This document shows, in pieces, positions 7,426-16,450 of a stretch of 32,241 nucleotides of DNA (its first letter is position 1; each line of letters starts with the position of its first letter). The position numbers were made by a program, and so were the translations under genes. Origin of the DNA: Pseudomonadota bacterium. Lineage in GTDB: Bacteria; UBA10199; 2-02-FULL-44-16; DYJF01. The notes under the pieces were generated by a model. The model saw only the letters and a list, made by a program, of their open reading frames with translations. It made no database searches and was not told where the DNA came from. The DNA lies in assembly GCA_043823065.1 (NCBI GenBank), contig JBDRBB010000020.1, forward strand, positions 1 to 32,241. The letters are read 5' to 3'.

Positions 7426-10400
7426 ATGCGTCTAAAGTCATTAGAAATTGTTGGATTTAAATCCTTTGTAGATAAAACCACAGTAAATTTTGAAGATGAA
7501 GTCACTGGCATTGTCGGCCCAAATGGGTGTGGAAAGTGTGTACACGGTGACACCTTGGTTCCTCTTTCTGATGGAAGAGTGCTTCCTATTAGAACTCTAG
7601 TTGAAAATACACTCAAGCAAGCTGAGGCAATAGAGCAAACCGATGATGGTGAATATACTTATGATAATCCAGAAAATATTAATGTCTTAGCCCTAGATTG
7701 CCAGTCTTTGAAAATGAATGAGCGTCCAGTCTTAGCTTTTGTTAAACGCGGCAGTCCAAAAAAATTACTCAAAGTTACTACTAAATCTGGGCGCACCATT
7801 ATTGCCACTGAATATCATCCCTTCTTTATTCACGAACAAAGAAAGATAAGAGCAGTTAAAGCCGAAGAATTAACAACCGGTCTGCATGTAGCTTGTCCGC
7901 GTTATTTGCCAGTTCAAGCAACCCAAACTCATTTTGTAGCTGTTGCTGCCAATGATAATTCTGAAGAAACTGAACTAATGGCAATTGATAATATGCTGGT
8001 TACTAAATCCGCGCGCACTAAACCATTAAGTGTAAAAACCAAGCTCACTCCAGAATGGGGGCGTTTTTTAGGTTATATTATTTCAGAAGGACAAAACAGC
8101 TCTTGGACAAATCAAGTGCGTTTTGTAAATAATGATCCAGATGTAATTGAAGATTTTTGCCGGGTAAGTCATGAGTTGTTTGGCAAAGAACCAACTTGTC
8201 GCGATTATAAAAACAATGCAAAAGATTGCCTGCTTTTTTCCAGTATCTTGTGCGATTTACTAGAGAGAAGTTTTGGAATTAAACGTGGTGGAAATTCAGC
8301 TAGCAAAAAAATTCCTGCGCTGATTTTTAGCGCTCCAGATGAAATTGTTTTAGAGTTTCTTTCTGCCTTGATTGAAGGTGATGGTTGCATTCGTATAGAT
8401 CGCAGCGATAAAGAACGAAATCCAATTGCTTATTTTGAATATGCTTCAGCTAGTGAAGAATTAGCGCGCGGTTTGGCAACATTGTTGCTAAGATTTGGTA
8501 TTAGAAGTTTGATTCGCACAAAAAAGAAAAAAGCAACTAATTCAAATGGGTCAACTAAAGAATATTTTTCAGTCTATGTTTATGGAAATAAAAATCTTAA
8601 ACGCTTAAATGAATTATTGAATTTAGTTAGCTATAAAAAAGATTTGCTTAGCCAAGCAGCCAACTTGACTTGCTCTGCTGCAACTTTAGATGTGATTCCC
8701 AACACCTCTTCTGCTTTTAATGATTTATGGAAAAAAGCTCAGGTATCAATTAGCAAAAAACATGCCTTGCGGGGTCGTGTTGAAGCCTATCGAGAAGGTA
8801 GATGCAATCCTTCCCGTCAGGGCCTTAAAGAGGCTTTGAATTATGTGCAAGAAAATGGCCAGTTGATGGATGCTGATAGTGTTAAATTAGCTAATCATCT
8901 AGATAAATTGACTTGTTCAGATATTTATTGGGATGAAATTATTTCAATTGAAAAAATTGCTGGGGAAGAATGGGTCTATGATCTATGTGTGGAAAAAGAT
9001 CATAATTTTGTAGCTAATGATTTTATAGTTCATAATAGCAATGTAGTGGATGCCATGCGTTGGGTGATGGGTGAGCAGTCAGCCAAACATTTGCGCGGCA
9101 GCAGCATGGAAGATGTAATTTTTGCCGGTTCTGCTGGTCGTCAACCAGTGGGTATGGCTGAAGTGTTTTTAACTTTTGATAATAGCGATGGTCGGGCTCC
9201 TGCTCAATATGCCAGTTTTAGTGAAATCCAGGTTGGTCGCCGTCTTTATCGTTCTGGAGAAAGCGAATATTTTATCAATAAAACTTCTTGCCGACTCAAA
9301 GATATCATAGATTTGTTTTTAGATACTGGAGTTGGCACCAAGGCTTATTCAGTTATTGAACAAGGCATGGTAGGGCAAGTAGTTTCTTCCAGACCCCAAG
9401 ACAGGCGCGTATTAATTGAAGAAGCTGCGGGCATTTCCAAGTTTAAATCTCGCAAAGAAGCAGCTTTACGCAAAATAGATTCTACCAAATCCAATCTTTT
9501 AAGGCTGACTGATATCTTAAATGAACTCAAACGCCAGATTAATTCTTTAAATCGCCAGGCTAAAAAGGCTGAACGTTATCAGGTTATTATTGATGAATTA
9601 AAGCAGCGGGAAACAAACTTGAGCCTTTATCGCTTTTTGGAATATCAAAAGGAATTAAAAATTCTGGAATATGACAAACAAGTAGTAACAGAAAAAGAAG
9701 CTGCCTTGTCTGCAGATTTGGCTAAATGCGAAACTGAAATTGAATCGCTGAAATTGTCAGCTACAGAGCTGGAAAGAGAATTAGAAACAGTTCAGGAAGG
9801 ATTTTACGCCACCAATCAGTCTATTAAATTAAATGAATCTGAAATTGAGCATAAAAGCAAACAAGCTGATGAAATCGAAGCTAGAAGAGTGGCTTTAGCA
9901 GAAGATTTGATTGGCTTAAACACCCGTTTGGAATTAATTACTAAAAAACTAACCGAAGCCAATCAAGAAAAAGTTGAGGCAGATTGCGCAACCGAAGGTC
10001 TTAGTGAGTCTGTAACCCAGTTGGAAACAAAAACTTCTGGTTTGAGACAACAGCGAAATAAATTAGATGATGATTTGGAAGACAGGCGCAGCGAACTATA
10101 TTCAACCTCTTCCTTGAATTCAGAATTAAAAATAAGAATAGAGAATTTGGCGCGTAATATTGTGGAAGTTACAGGCAGAATTGCCAAGAATCAGGCTGAA
10201 GTAGATGCCATTAATCGGCGTCGTGAACAGCTTTCCTCGGAGACCAGTGAAAGTGAAAAGAAAATTCAAGGTGTGGCAGAGCTAAAAAAACAAGTTGCTC
10301 AAGAAGCTATCAAAAAGCGGGAAACATTGCTGCAAACTAGAAAATCTTTAAGCGAAGCCGAACATGGTTTGAAAAATTTACATGTGGAACAGCACACAAC

Positions 10401-12507
10401 CAAGAGTAGATTGGAATCATTGCAAGAGCTGCGTAAAAACCTGGATGGTTATCGAGAAGGCGTGAAAAATGTTTTACGTAAATCCAAAGAAGCGCAGCAA
10501 GATCTAAAAGGAGTGTTAGGTACAGTTGGTGATTTTGTGGAAGCAGACCCAACCTATGAAACAGCAGCCAGTGCAGTTTTAGGCGAGCGTATGCAATTTG
10601 TGGTGGTGGAATCGCACAGTGAGGGCGTGGAAGCCATTGAATACTTAAAAAGTATTTCTAAGGGCCGCAGTTCTTTTATTCCCTTGAAACTCAGGTCCAA
10701 GGAAAATGAGGAAAAAGTTCCTGAAGGAGAGGGTGTTATTGGCCCCTTAACCAGCTATGTGCGCTTTAACGATGATTATAAACAGATTGCTCGCTATTTG
10801 TTTGGCGATGTGATTGTGGCTAACTCTTTGCGAGAAGCTCTGGCTAGTTGGGAGAAACATGACACTAATCATACCTATGTTACTTTAGATGGCGAGGTGG
10901 TTTCACCATCTGGTGTAGTAACTGGCGGTATTAGCGGTGATGAAGATTATGGTTTTATCGCCCAAAAAAGAAGAATTAAAGAATTAACCGAGGAAATTTC
11001 AGAAAGACAGGCAAGAATAGAGCAAGCTGAAACCAATGTTCAGAATTTATCAGCTCAGGCAAAAAAAATAGAAGAAGAATTAGAAGGTATGGAGCGCGAC
11101 GGCCATGAATTGGAAATTAAGTTGGTAGGCAGAGAACATGCTTTGGAAGGACAACGCGAAGAATCTATTCGTCTAGAAAAAGAACACGATCAATTGGTGG
11201 TTGAAATAGCTGAGTTGGCTGAAAATAAAAAGCAGGCTGAACAGGGCCGTCTGGATGCTGAAGCTAAAATCCAGGAACTGGAAAATAATAAGCAACGCTT
11301 AAATACTGAACTGGAACATTTAGAGCATCAACTAGAAATAATAGGTAAAGAACTAAATAAATATGAAAAAGAGTCAGTGGATTTAAAAGTTGCTTTGGCT
11401 CAAGCTCAAAGCAGACAAAATTCCATTGCCAAAGATATTGAGCAATGTGTAACTCAAAAATCTGAAATAACCGTAGATATAGGTCGAAAGAAAGACGACA
11501 TTAGTACAGGTGAACAACGAGTAGTGGTTTTGCGTAGAGAAGTGGAAGAAAGAAGAGAAACCTTAAAGTCTTTGGTCACAAAATTAGATAAGCTTTCAAT
11601 GGCTCAGCAAAGTTTGCAGGGACGTTATGGCGCTGAAACCACAGATATCAGGAACCGCGAGTTTTCTTTAAGAGAGTTAAGATCTAATCGCGACCTGGCC
11701 TTAAAAGGCTCGCATGAAAACGATCTTAAATTAACTGAATTAAGAGAAAAAATTCGTTATTTGGTGGAAGGCATTCAAGCGCGTTATCGTATTGATTTGC
11801 CGGCTTTAGATCCAGCCAGCTTGAATGCAGAACTAGATTTGGAAGCTGAAGAAAGGGCAGTGGAAGACCTTAAGTCCAGGGTAGATTCCATTGGTTCAGT
11901 AAATGTAGATGCGATTAGAGAGTATGAAGAGCTTTCCAGCCGTTATGAATTTATCAATAAGCAATATGAAGATTTGGAAGTGTCGCTAAATGCCCTTCGC
12001 CAGGCGATTACAAAAATCAATAAGATTAGCCGCCAAAGATTTCGTCAAACTTTTGATAATGTTAATGAAAAATTCCAAGAGGTTTTTCCCAGATTGTTTG
12101 AAGGTGGCAAGGCTAAACTTTTACTTACTGATGAAGAAAATCTTTTGGAAAGTGGCGTAGAAATTGTGGTTCAGCCTCCAGGAAAAAGACTTCAGTCCAT
12201 TACCTTGCTCTCTGGCGGAGAAAAAGCTTTAACAGCCATAGCTTTTATTTTTTCCATTTTTATGACCAAGCCCTCACCATTCTGCCTCTTAGATGAAGTA
12301 GATGCCCCTTTAGATGATGCAAATGTGGATCGGTTTAATAAGATGATTCGCACCATGACTTCCTATTCTCAATTTGTGTTAATCACCCACAATAAGCGCA
12401 CTATGGAGCTGGCTGATACTTTATATGGTGTAACCATGCAAGAGCCAGGTGTTTCCAAGATGGTGGCAGTAAGGTTAAATCAAGATAAAGAAACAGCTGT
12501 AGCCTAA
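7426..12507 (+). CDS. smc: Chromosome segregation protein SMC, intein-containing (1693-aa precursor, 1193 aa after splicing)
   Basis: Start MRLKSLEIVGFKSF with GGGAG RBS. Split Walker A GPNGCGK/SNVVDA, Q-loop IEQG, coiled coils, hinge (GRSSFIPL, VTLDGE..GVVTGG), signature LSGGEK, Walker B/D-loop LLDEVDAPLD, and ITH. Confidence 0.97.
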   Translation: MRLKSLEIVGFKSFVDKTTVNFEDEVTGIVGPNGCGKCVHGDTLVPLSDGRVLPIRTLVENTLKQAEAIEQTDDGEYTYDNPENINVLALDCQSLKMNERPVLAFVKRGSPKKLLKVTTKSGRTIIATEYHPFFIHEQRKIRAVKAEELTTGLHVACPRYLPVQATQTHFVAVAANDNSEETELMAIDNMLVTKSARTKPLSVKTKLTPEWGRFLGYIISEGQNSSWTNQVRFVNNDPDVIEDFCRVSHELFGKEPTCRDYKNNAKDCLLFSSILCDLLERSFGIKRGGNSASKKIPALIFSAPDEIVLEFLSALIEGDGCIRIDRSDKERNPIAYFEYASASEELARGLATLLLRFGIRSLIRTKKKKATNSNGSTKEYFSVYVYGNKNLKRLNELLNLVSYKKDLLSQAANLTCSAATLDVIPNTSSAFNDLWKKAQVSISKKHALRGRVEAYREGRCNPSRQGLKEALNYVQENGQLMDADSVKLANHLDKLTCSDIYWDEIISIEKIAGEEWVYDLCVEKDHNFVANDFIVHNSNVVDAMRWVMGEQSAKHLRGSSMEDVIFAGSAGRQPVGMAEVFLTFDNSDGRAPAQYASFSEIQVGRRLYRSGESEYFINKTSCRLKDIIDLFLDTGVGTKAYSVIEQGMVGQVVSSRPQDRRVLIEEAAGISKFKSRKEAALRKIDSTKSNLLRLTDILNELKRQINSLNRQAKKAERYQVIIDELKQRETNLSLYRFLEYQKELKILEYDKQVVTEKEAALSADLAKCETEIESLKLSATELERELETVQEGFYATNQSIKLNESEIEHKSKQADEIEARRVALAEDLIGLNTRLELITKKLTEANQEKVEADCATEGLSESVTQLETKTSGLRQQRNKLDDDLEDRRSELYSTSSLNSELKIRIENLARNIVEVTGRIAKNQAEVDAINRRREQLSSETSESEKKIQGVAELKKQVAQEAIKKRETLLQTRKSLSEAEHGLKNLHVEQHTTKSRLESLQELRKNLDGYREGVKNVLRKSKEAQQDLKGVLGTVGDFVEADPTYETAASAVLGERMQFVVVESHSEGVEAIEYLKSISKGRSSFIPLKLRSKENEEKVPEGEGVIGPLTSYVRFNDDYKQIARYLFGDVIVANSLREALASWEKHDTNHTYVTLDGEVVSPSGVVTGGISGDEDYGFIAQKRRIKELTEEISERQARIEQAETNVQNLSAQAKKIEEELEGMERDGHELEIKLVGREHALEGQREESIRLEKEHDQLVVEIAELAENKKQAEQGRLDAEAKIQELENNKQRLNTELEHLEHQLEIIGKELNKYEKESVDLKVALAQAQSRQNSIAKDIEQCVTQKSEITVDIGRKKDDISTGEQRVVVLRREVEERRETLKSLVTKLDKLSMAQQSLQGRYGAETTDIRNREFSLRELRSNRDLALKGSHENDLKLTELREKIRYLVEGIQARYRIDLPALDPASLNAELDLEAEERAVEDLKSRVDSIGSVNVDAIREYEELSSRYEFINKQYEDLEVSLNALRQAITKINKISRQRFRQTFDNVNEKFQEVFPRLFEGGKAKLLLTDEENLLESGVEIVVQPPGKRLQSITLLSGGEKALTAIAFIFSIFMTKPSPFCLLDEVDAPLDDANVDRFNKMIRTMTSYSQFVLITHNKRTMELADTLYGVTMQEPGVSKMVAVRLNQDKETAVA
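7537..9036 (+). mobile_element. Intein with LAGLIDADG homing endonuclease (500 aa)
   Basis: Block A CVHGDTLV, block B ATEYHPF, LAGLIDADG motifs FLGYIISEG and FLSALIEGDG, blocks F/G VYDLCVEKDHNFVANDFIVHN, and +1 Ser. Removal restores GPNGCGKSN. Confidence 0.97.
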
Positions 12508-12511
12508 ATTT

Positions 12512-14188
12512 ATGGAATCATTTAGCTGGTCCATCCTATTGGGAGGAGTTGCTTTTTTCTTTTTGGGTTTAAGGTTGGCCCGTCAAGAGCTGCAACTAGT
12601 GGCTGGCGATCGTTTGCGCCGTGCTTTGGCCATTGTTTCTGATAACCGATTTAAGGCATTTGGATTAGGCGCTATAGTCACTTTTTTATTTCAAAGCTCT
12701 TCAGCCACGAGTGTTTTGTTAGTTGGCTTGGCTGACACTGGTTTGATTAATGTTTATCAAGCAATCTCTATCCTGTTGGGCGCGGATTTTAGCACTACCT
12801 TAGTTGTTATATTACTTTCCATAAAAAAGATAACTGAAATGTCTTTGGGCGTGATTGCTCTGGGCTTCTTGCTGCAAGTTATTACCAAACATCGTAAAGT
12901 TAAAACCATTGGGGCCATTGTGCTTAGCTATGGTTTTATCTTTTTCGGCATGCATTTAATGATTAGCGCTGCTGAGCCCTTAAAAAATAGCCCCTTGGCT
13001 TTAGAGATTTTTGCTTATTTGGGCGCTAATCCTGTTGCTAGTTTAGTTTTGGCTACAATGGTGGCTGGAGTGGTAAATTCTGCAGGAATGATCGGTATTG
13101 CTATTGCTTTGGCTTTTGCAGGGGCAATTACCTTTCAAGATGCAGTGCCGTTAGTTTTGGGCGCAAACTTGGGAACTTGCGTAACAGTTTTGTTAGCAGC
13201 TATTAGCGCACAAGCTGAGGGTAGGCAAATTGCCATTGCCCACACGCTTTCTAAATTTATTGGTGTGGTTATTGCTATGCCTCTAATTCCCTACATTGTG
13301 CAGGTGGTTGATGTTATCGCCAATTTTCTGAGCGGTTTTTCCGAGTCGGTTATTCCAAGCATTCCAGGCAAGATTGTTTTAACCCATATTTTATTTAATC
13401 TTGGTTTGGCTGTTTTGTTGCTACCTTTTGTGGGTTTATTGGCTCGTTTTATAAAATATGTTGGACCTATACCTAAGAAAAAGAAGGAATTTAAACCTAA
13501 ATATTTGGATAAAACCGCTTTGGAAACTCCAGCTCTGGCTTTTGCTCAGGTTAAAAGGGAAATTTTGCGCATGGCAGAAATTGCTCATCAAATGTTTGGG
13601 AATTGTTTACTCATGTTTTCCAAAGGATCAAATAGCGCAGAAGAAATAGAAAAACTGCAGGCTGAGGATGATAAAATTGATATATTGGATAAGGCAGTGC
13701 GTTTTTATCTGGCTGAACTGGCTTCAGAAAAATTTTCTCCAGAACAGGCCAAAGCTCATATTCAGTTGCTTTGTATAACTACTGATATAGAGCAAATTGG
13801 GGATATTATTTCCAGGGAATTGGTTTTATTGGCCAAGAAAAAAGCAACTAAAGCAGGTATTTTTTCTGCTGAAGGTTGGAAAGATTTAAAAGGTTTTCAG
13901 GATACTGTTAGCCAAAATTTTGCTTTAGCAGTTTCCATTTTAGCCCAACCTTCAGAAGAGCTGGCAGCTAAGGTCTATCGGCAGGATAAGGCTATTGATG
14001 AAATTGAACAACAACTAAGACAAGCCCATTTAAACCGTTTGCATCATGGATTAAAAGAGTCTTTTGATACCAGTTCCATTCATTTAGATATTTTAGGAAA
14101 CCTACGACGCATCAACGACAAGTGTTCGCACATCGTGCAAATGATCATGAGTGGATTAGAACACCCGGTCGAAAAAGAATCATTTTAA
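12512..14188 (+). CDS. Na+/Pi cotransporter family protein (NptA/YjbB-like) with C-terminal PhoU-like domains
   Basis: QSSSATS, LLGADFSTT and LGANLGT repeats; multiple TM helices; KYLD linker; EDDKIDIL, DIEQIGD, HLNRL and TSSIHLD. Confidence 0.92.
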   Translation: MESFSWSILLGGVAFFFLGLRLARQELQLVAGDRLRRALAIVSDNRFKAFGLGAIVTFLFQSSSATSVLLVGLADTGLINVYQAISILLGADFSTTLVVILLSIKKITEMSLGVIALGFLLQVITKHRKVKTIGAIVLSYGFIFFGMHLMISAAEPLKNSPLALEIFAYLGANPVASLVLATMVAGVVNSAGMIGIAIALAFAGAITFQDAVPLVLGANLGTCVTVLLAAISAQAEGRQIAIAHTLSKFIGVVIAMPLIPYIVQVVDVIANFLSGFSESVIPSIPGKIVLTHILFNLGLAVLLLPFVGLLARFIKYVGPIPKKKKEFKPKYLDKTALETPALAFAQVKREILRMAEIAHQMFGNCLLMFSKGSNSAEEIEKLQAEDDKIDILDKAVRFYLAELASEKFSPEQAKAHIQLLCITTDIEQIGDIISRELVLLAKKKATKAGIFSAEGWKDLKGFQDTVSQNFALAVSILAQPSEELAAKVYRQDKAIDEIEQQLRQAHLNRLHHGLKESFDTSSIHLDILGNLRRINDKCSHIVQMIMSGLEHPVEKESF

Positions 14189-14392
14189 TCTGCTTTTAGG
14201 ACAACCACCTCATAACTGCCAAACATTTGATTTAGTGATATGGTTTGCTCGGATGCCGCTCAAAAAATATGGTGCTAGGTTAAATGTAACATTCTGATAT
14301 TATTAGTGTTTGTTAGATATTGCTAAGTAAAGTAAGCTTTATTTTATCCATTGGGTAGTAAACTTTGCTTTATTAATAGATAAAAAAAGTAA

Positions 14393-14421
14393 TTGCATTA
14401 TCATAATATCAGTATCATAAT
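14393..14421 (+). promoter_or_regulatory. Sigma70-like promoter with overlapping direct repeat, probably leaderless
   Basis: TTGCAT-N17-CATAAT with ATG 6 nt downstream; TATCATAAT is repeated at 14399 and 14413. Confidence 0.5.
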
Positions 14422-14427
14422 CATGTT

Positions 14428-15552
14428 ATGAAAAAATTTCTATATGATACCCTGCTTGATGAGGAAAATATTTGCAATTTAGCGCAAGAGAGAAAGGTCG
14501 TAGAGCAAGCAATTGCCCAGAAAAAGAAACTTGTTATTTACGGGCCGCGCAATTTTGGCAAAACTTCTCTTATAAAAAATGTTATTCTGCCTAAAATTAA
14601 ATCTCAGCATAAAAACTCCTTTATTCTTTTTACGGATTTAATGGAAGTGAAAAGTATTGATTCTATTTCCCAAAGACTTGCTAGAAGTCTTGAACAAAGT
14701 TTTAGTGAGGCATTTCCGGCAAAGCATTTCATGGATGGTATAAAAAAATTCCTTACCAATTTAAGACCTCAAATTACAGTTGATCCCTTAAATGGTGCGC
14801 CTTCCTTGACCATAACCTCTCAAATAGCTGAAAAAACAATTTCAAGTGAGAAAATTTTTGCTGCAATTTCAGAACTAGCTAAGGAGAAAAGGGCTGTTAT
14901 TGTTTTAGATGAGTTTCAAGACATCGCCTTGGTGGAGGAGGCTCAAGGGCTGTTTCGTAACATTTTTCAAGAAATAAAGAATATTCCAATAATAGTGATG
15001 GGTTCAAAAAGACATTTGCTGGCCGAAATACTAGCCAAACCGCATGCTCCACTAGCCATGTTTGGAGAAGATCTTGAATTTAGGCCTATAGACTATGAAG
15101 AATATCACGCTTATATTCTGGAAAGATTTAATTATCAGAAATTAAAATTAGAACTTGATGCTTCAATATATCTTCAAAACCTTGCTAATAGAGTGCCTGA
15201 AACGACTAATATTATTTGTGCTGAAATAATGGATTCGAATTACCATAAAGTAATTGGCGAAGAGGAAATAAATTTGGCAATTAGAAACGTAGTTGAAAAG
15301 CGACAAAGTCGTTTTGAAGAGTATTTATCGCAATTTTCTGAAAATGAACAATTAGTGTCTACATCAATTGCAAAATTGAAATTTATAAAACAGCCTAATA
15401 GTCAAAGTTTTTTGCAAACGGTTAAGCCAACATCTAGAATGGTTGGTATAATCATCAAAAACTTGCTTAACAAATCAGTGCTGGATAGAAATGAAAATGG
15501 CTATTTCATTGCTGATGCCTTGCTTGCCTACTACTTGAAATATCATAGATAG
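14428..15552 (+). CDS. Archaeal-type/STAND-like AAA ATPase (ATPase_2 family), probable C-terminal winged helix
   Basis: Walker A YGPRNFGKT, Walker B IVLDEFQ, sensor MGS, and C-terminal LLNKSVL...YFIADALL. Confidence 0.85.
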   Translation: MKKFLYDTLLDEENICNLAQERKVVEQAIAQKKKLVIYGPRNFGKTSLIKNVILPKIKSQHKNSFILFTDLMEVKSIDSISQRLARSLEQSFSEAFPAKHFMDGIKKFLTNLRPQITVDPLNGAPSLTITSQIAEKTISSEKIFAAISELAKEKRAVIVLDEFQDIALVEEAQGLFRNIFQEIKNIPIIVMGSKRHLLAEILAKPHAPLAMFGEDLEFRPIDYEEYHAYILERFNYQKLKLELDASIYLQNLANRVPETTNIICAEIMDSNYHKVIGEEEINLAIRNVVEKRQSRFEEYLSQFSENEQLVSTSIAKLKFIKQPNSQSFLQTVKPTSRMVGIIIKNLLNKSVLDRNENGYFIADALLAYYLKYHR

Positions 15553-15563
15553 TAAACTTACCC

Positions 15564-16157
15564 CTACTTAAGCAATTTAATAAATGATTCTGAAGACAAG
15601 GTGTTGGTTAGGCTGTCCCGTAGTAGATCATTTAAGGTTTTTTCAATATTTTTTAACTTTCCTTTTCTTAAACCCTTAGATTCTATTTGGGAAGTAATGG
15701 TAACTGATGAGCTCATTTGGCCTTTATTAACCACCAAGGTAATCTGGCTATCAGCAGTGGCTTTGCCAGTTACCCATTGTTTTTCTACACCAGCTGAAAA
15801 TTGATTGATCTGGGCTTCCAGGGCTGGGGTATTGCTATCGCCTTTGGCTACAAAATTAAGGCCGCAAGCTTGCAATAGATCTTTAAGTGCAGAATCAAAA
15901 ATCTGAGAAAGGGCAGGATCAGCAATAACTTGGATTGGGTCTTGGCCCCTTTTGGTCTGCAGGCCAAGTGCCTTTTGGGCACGTTCATCTTGAGCGCCTT
16001 TCCAGATCACCTTGGGATTATCCCATAGTGGGGCAGGACAAACTTTGGCTGCCAAATCCTTTGGTGCGCTAAGGCTGATTGTCGCTGTTTCCTCAGCCCA
16101 AACATTGCTGCTAAGACCAATTATAAGTAAAATTAAGCTGGTTTTAATGAGTTTCAT
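15564..16157 (-). CDS. Exported protein, YajG-like
   Basis: AAGGAG RBS before MKLIK, signal peptide ending VWA, and a QDER..LG plus beta-sheet pattern reminiscent of YajG; no lipobox Cys. Confidence 0.6.
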   Translation of the reverse strand: MKLIKTSLILLIIGLSSNVWAEETATISLSAPKDLAAKVCPAPLWDNPKVIWKGAQDERAQKALGLQTKRGQDPIQVIADPALSQIFDSALKDLLQACGLNFVAKGDSNTPALEAQINQFSAGVEKQWVTGKATADSQITLVVNKGQMSSSVTITSQIESKGLRKGKLKNIEKTLNDLLRDSLTNTLSSESFIKLLK

Positions 16158-16179
16158 AATTATCTCCTTGGTTTTGTAA

Positions 16180-16207
16180 TCTAGCATAATTATCTAGCAT
16201 AATTATC
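16180..16207. repeat. 13-bp tandem duplication (TCTAGCATAATTA)x2
   Basis: Directly visible at the boundary of the AT-rich operon; contains the stop codon of the 85-aa ORF. Confidence 0.8.
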
Positions 16208-16447
16208 AGACGGAGCAAATAATTTATTTGCAATATCCCCATCGGTATGTCTGGTAAATATGCGCGACCAACAAAGTGCGGACTTTGGAATATTCCATGG
16301 CTTATTTTTATATAACCACACATTATCTCGCAATTTTAGATCATCCCAAATTACGCTGCATGATTCAATATTTCTTTGATTGAGACGATTAACTAAATCA
16401 ATAGCACAATCAGAAATAGGATCCCTGTCGAATATTACAAAATCCAT
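16190..16447 (-). pseudogene. 85-aa ORF resembling the N-terminal (pre-ATP-grasp) domain of RimK/LysX ligases, apparently truncated
   Basis: Strong RBS GAGGAGG, 3 nt after the MFS stop. The pattern FVIFDRD..SDCAIDL..RL.QRNI......D.......WLYKNK......CWSRI parallels the RimK N-terminus. No ATP-grasp core follows. Confidence 0.45.
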
Positions 16448-16450
16448 AAT

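Noticed and set aside
7945..7983. tmRNA-tag-like peptide AANDNSEETELMA inside the intein
   Set aside because: It is in frame within an intein linker, has no stop after it and no tRNA-like ends nearby; probably coincidental.
7426..12507. Wadjet/MksBEF or other SMC-based defence system
   Set aside because: This is a canonical hinge-containing housekeeping SMC with no jetABD/mksEF-like neighbours; scpAB are often unlinked.
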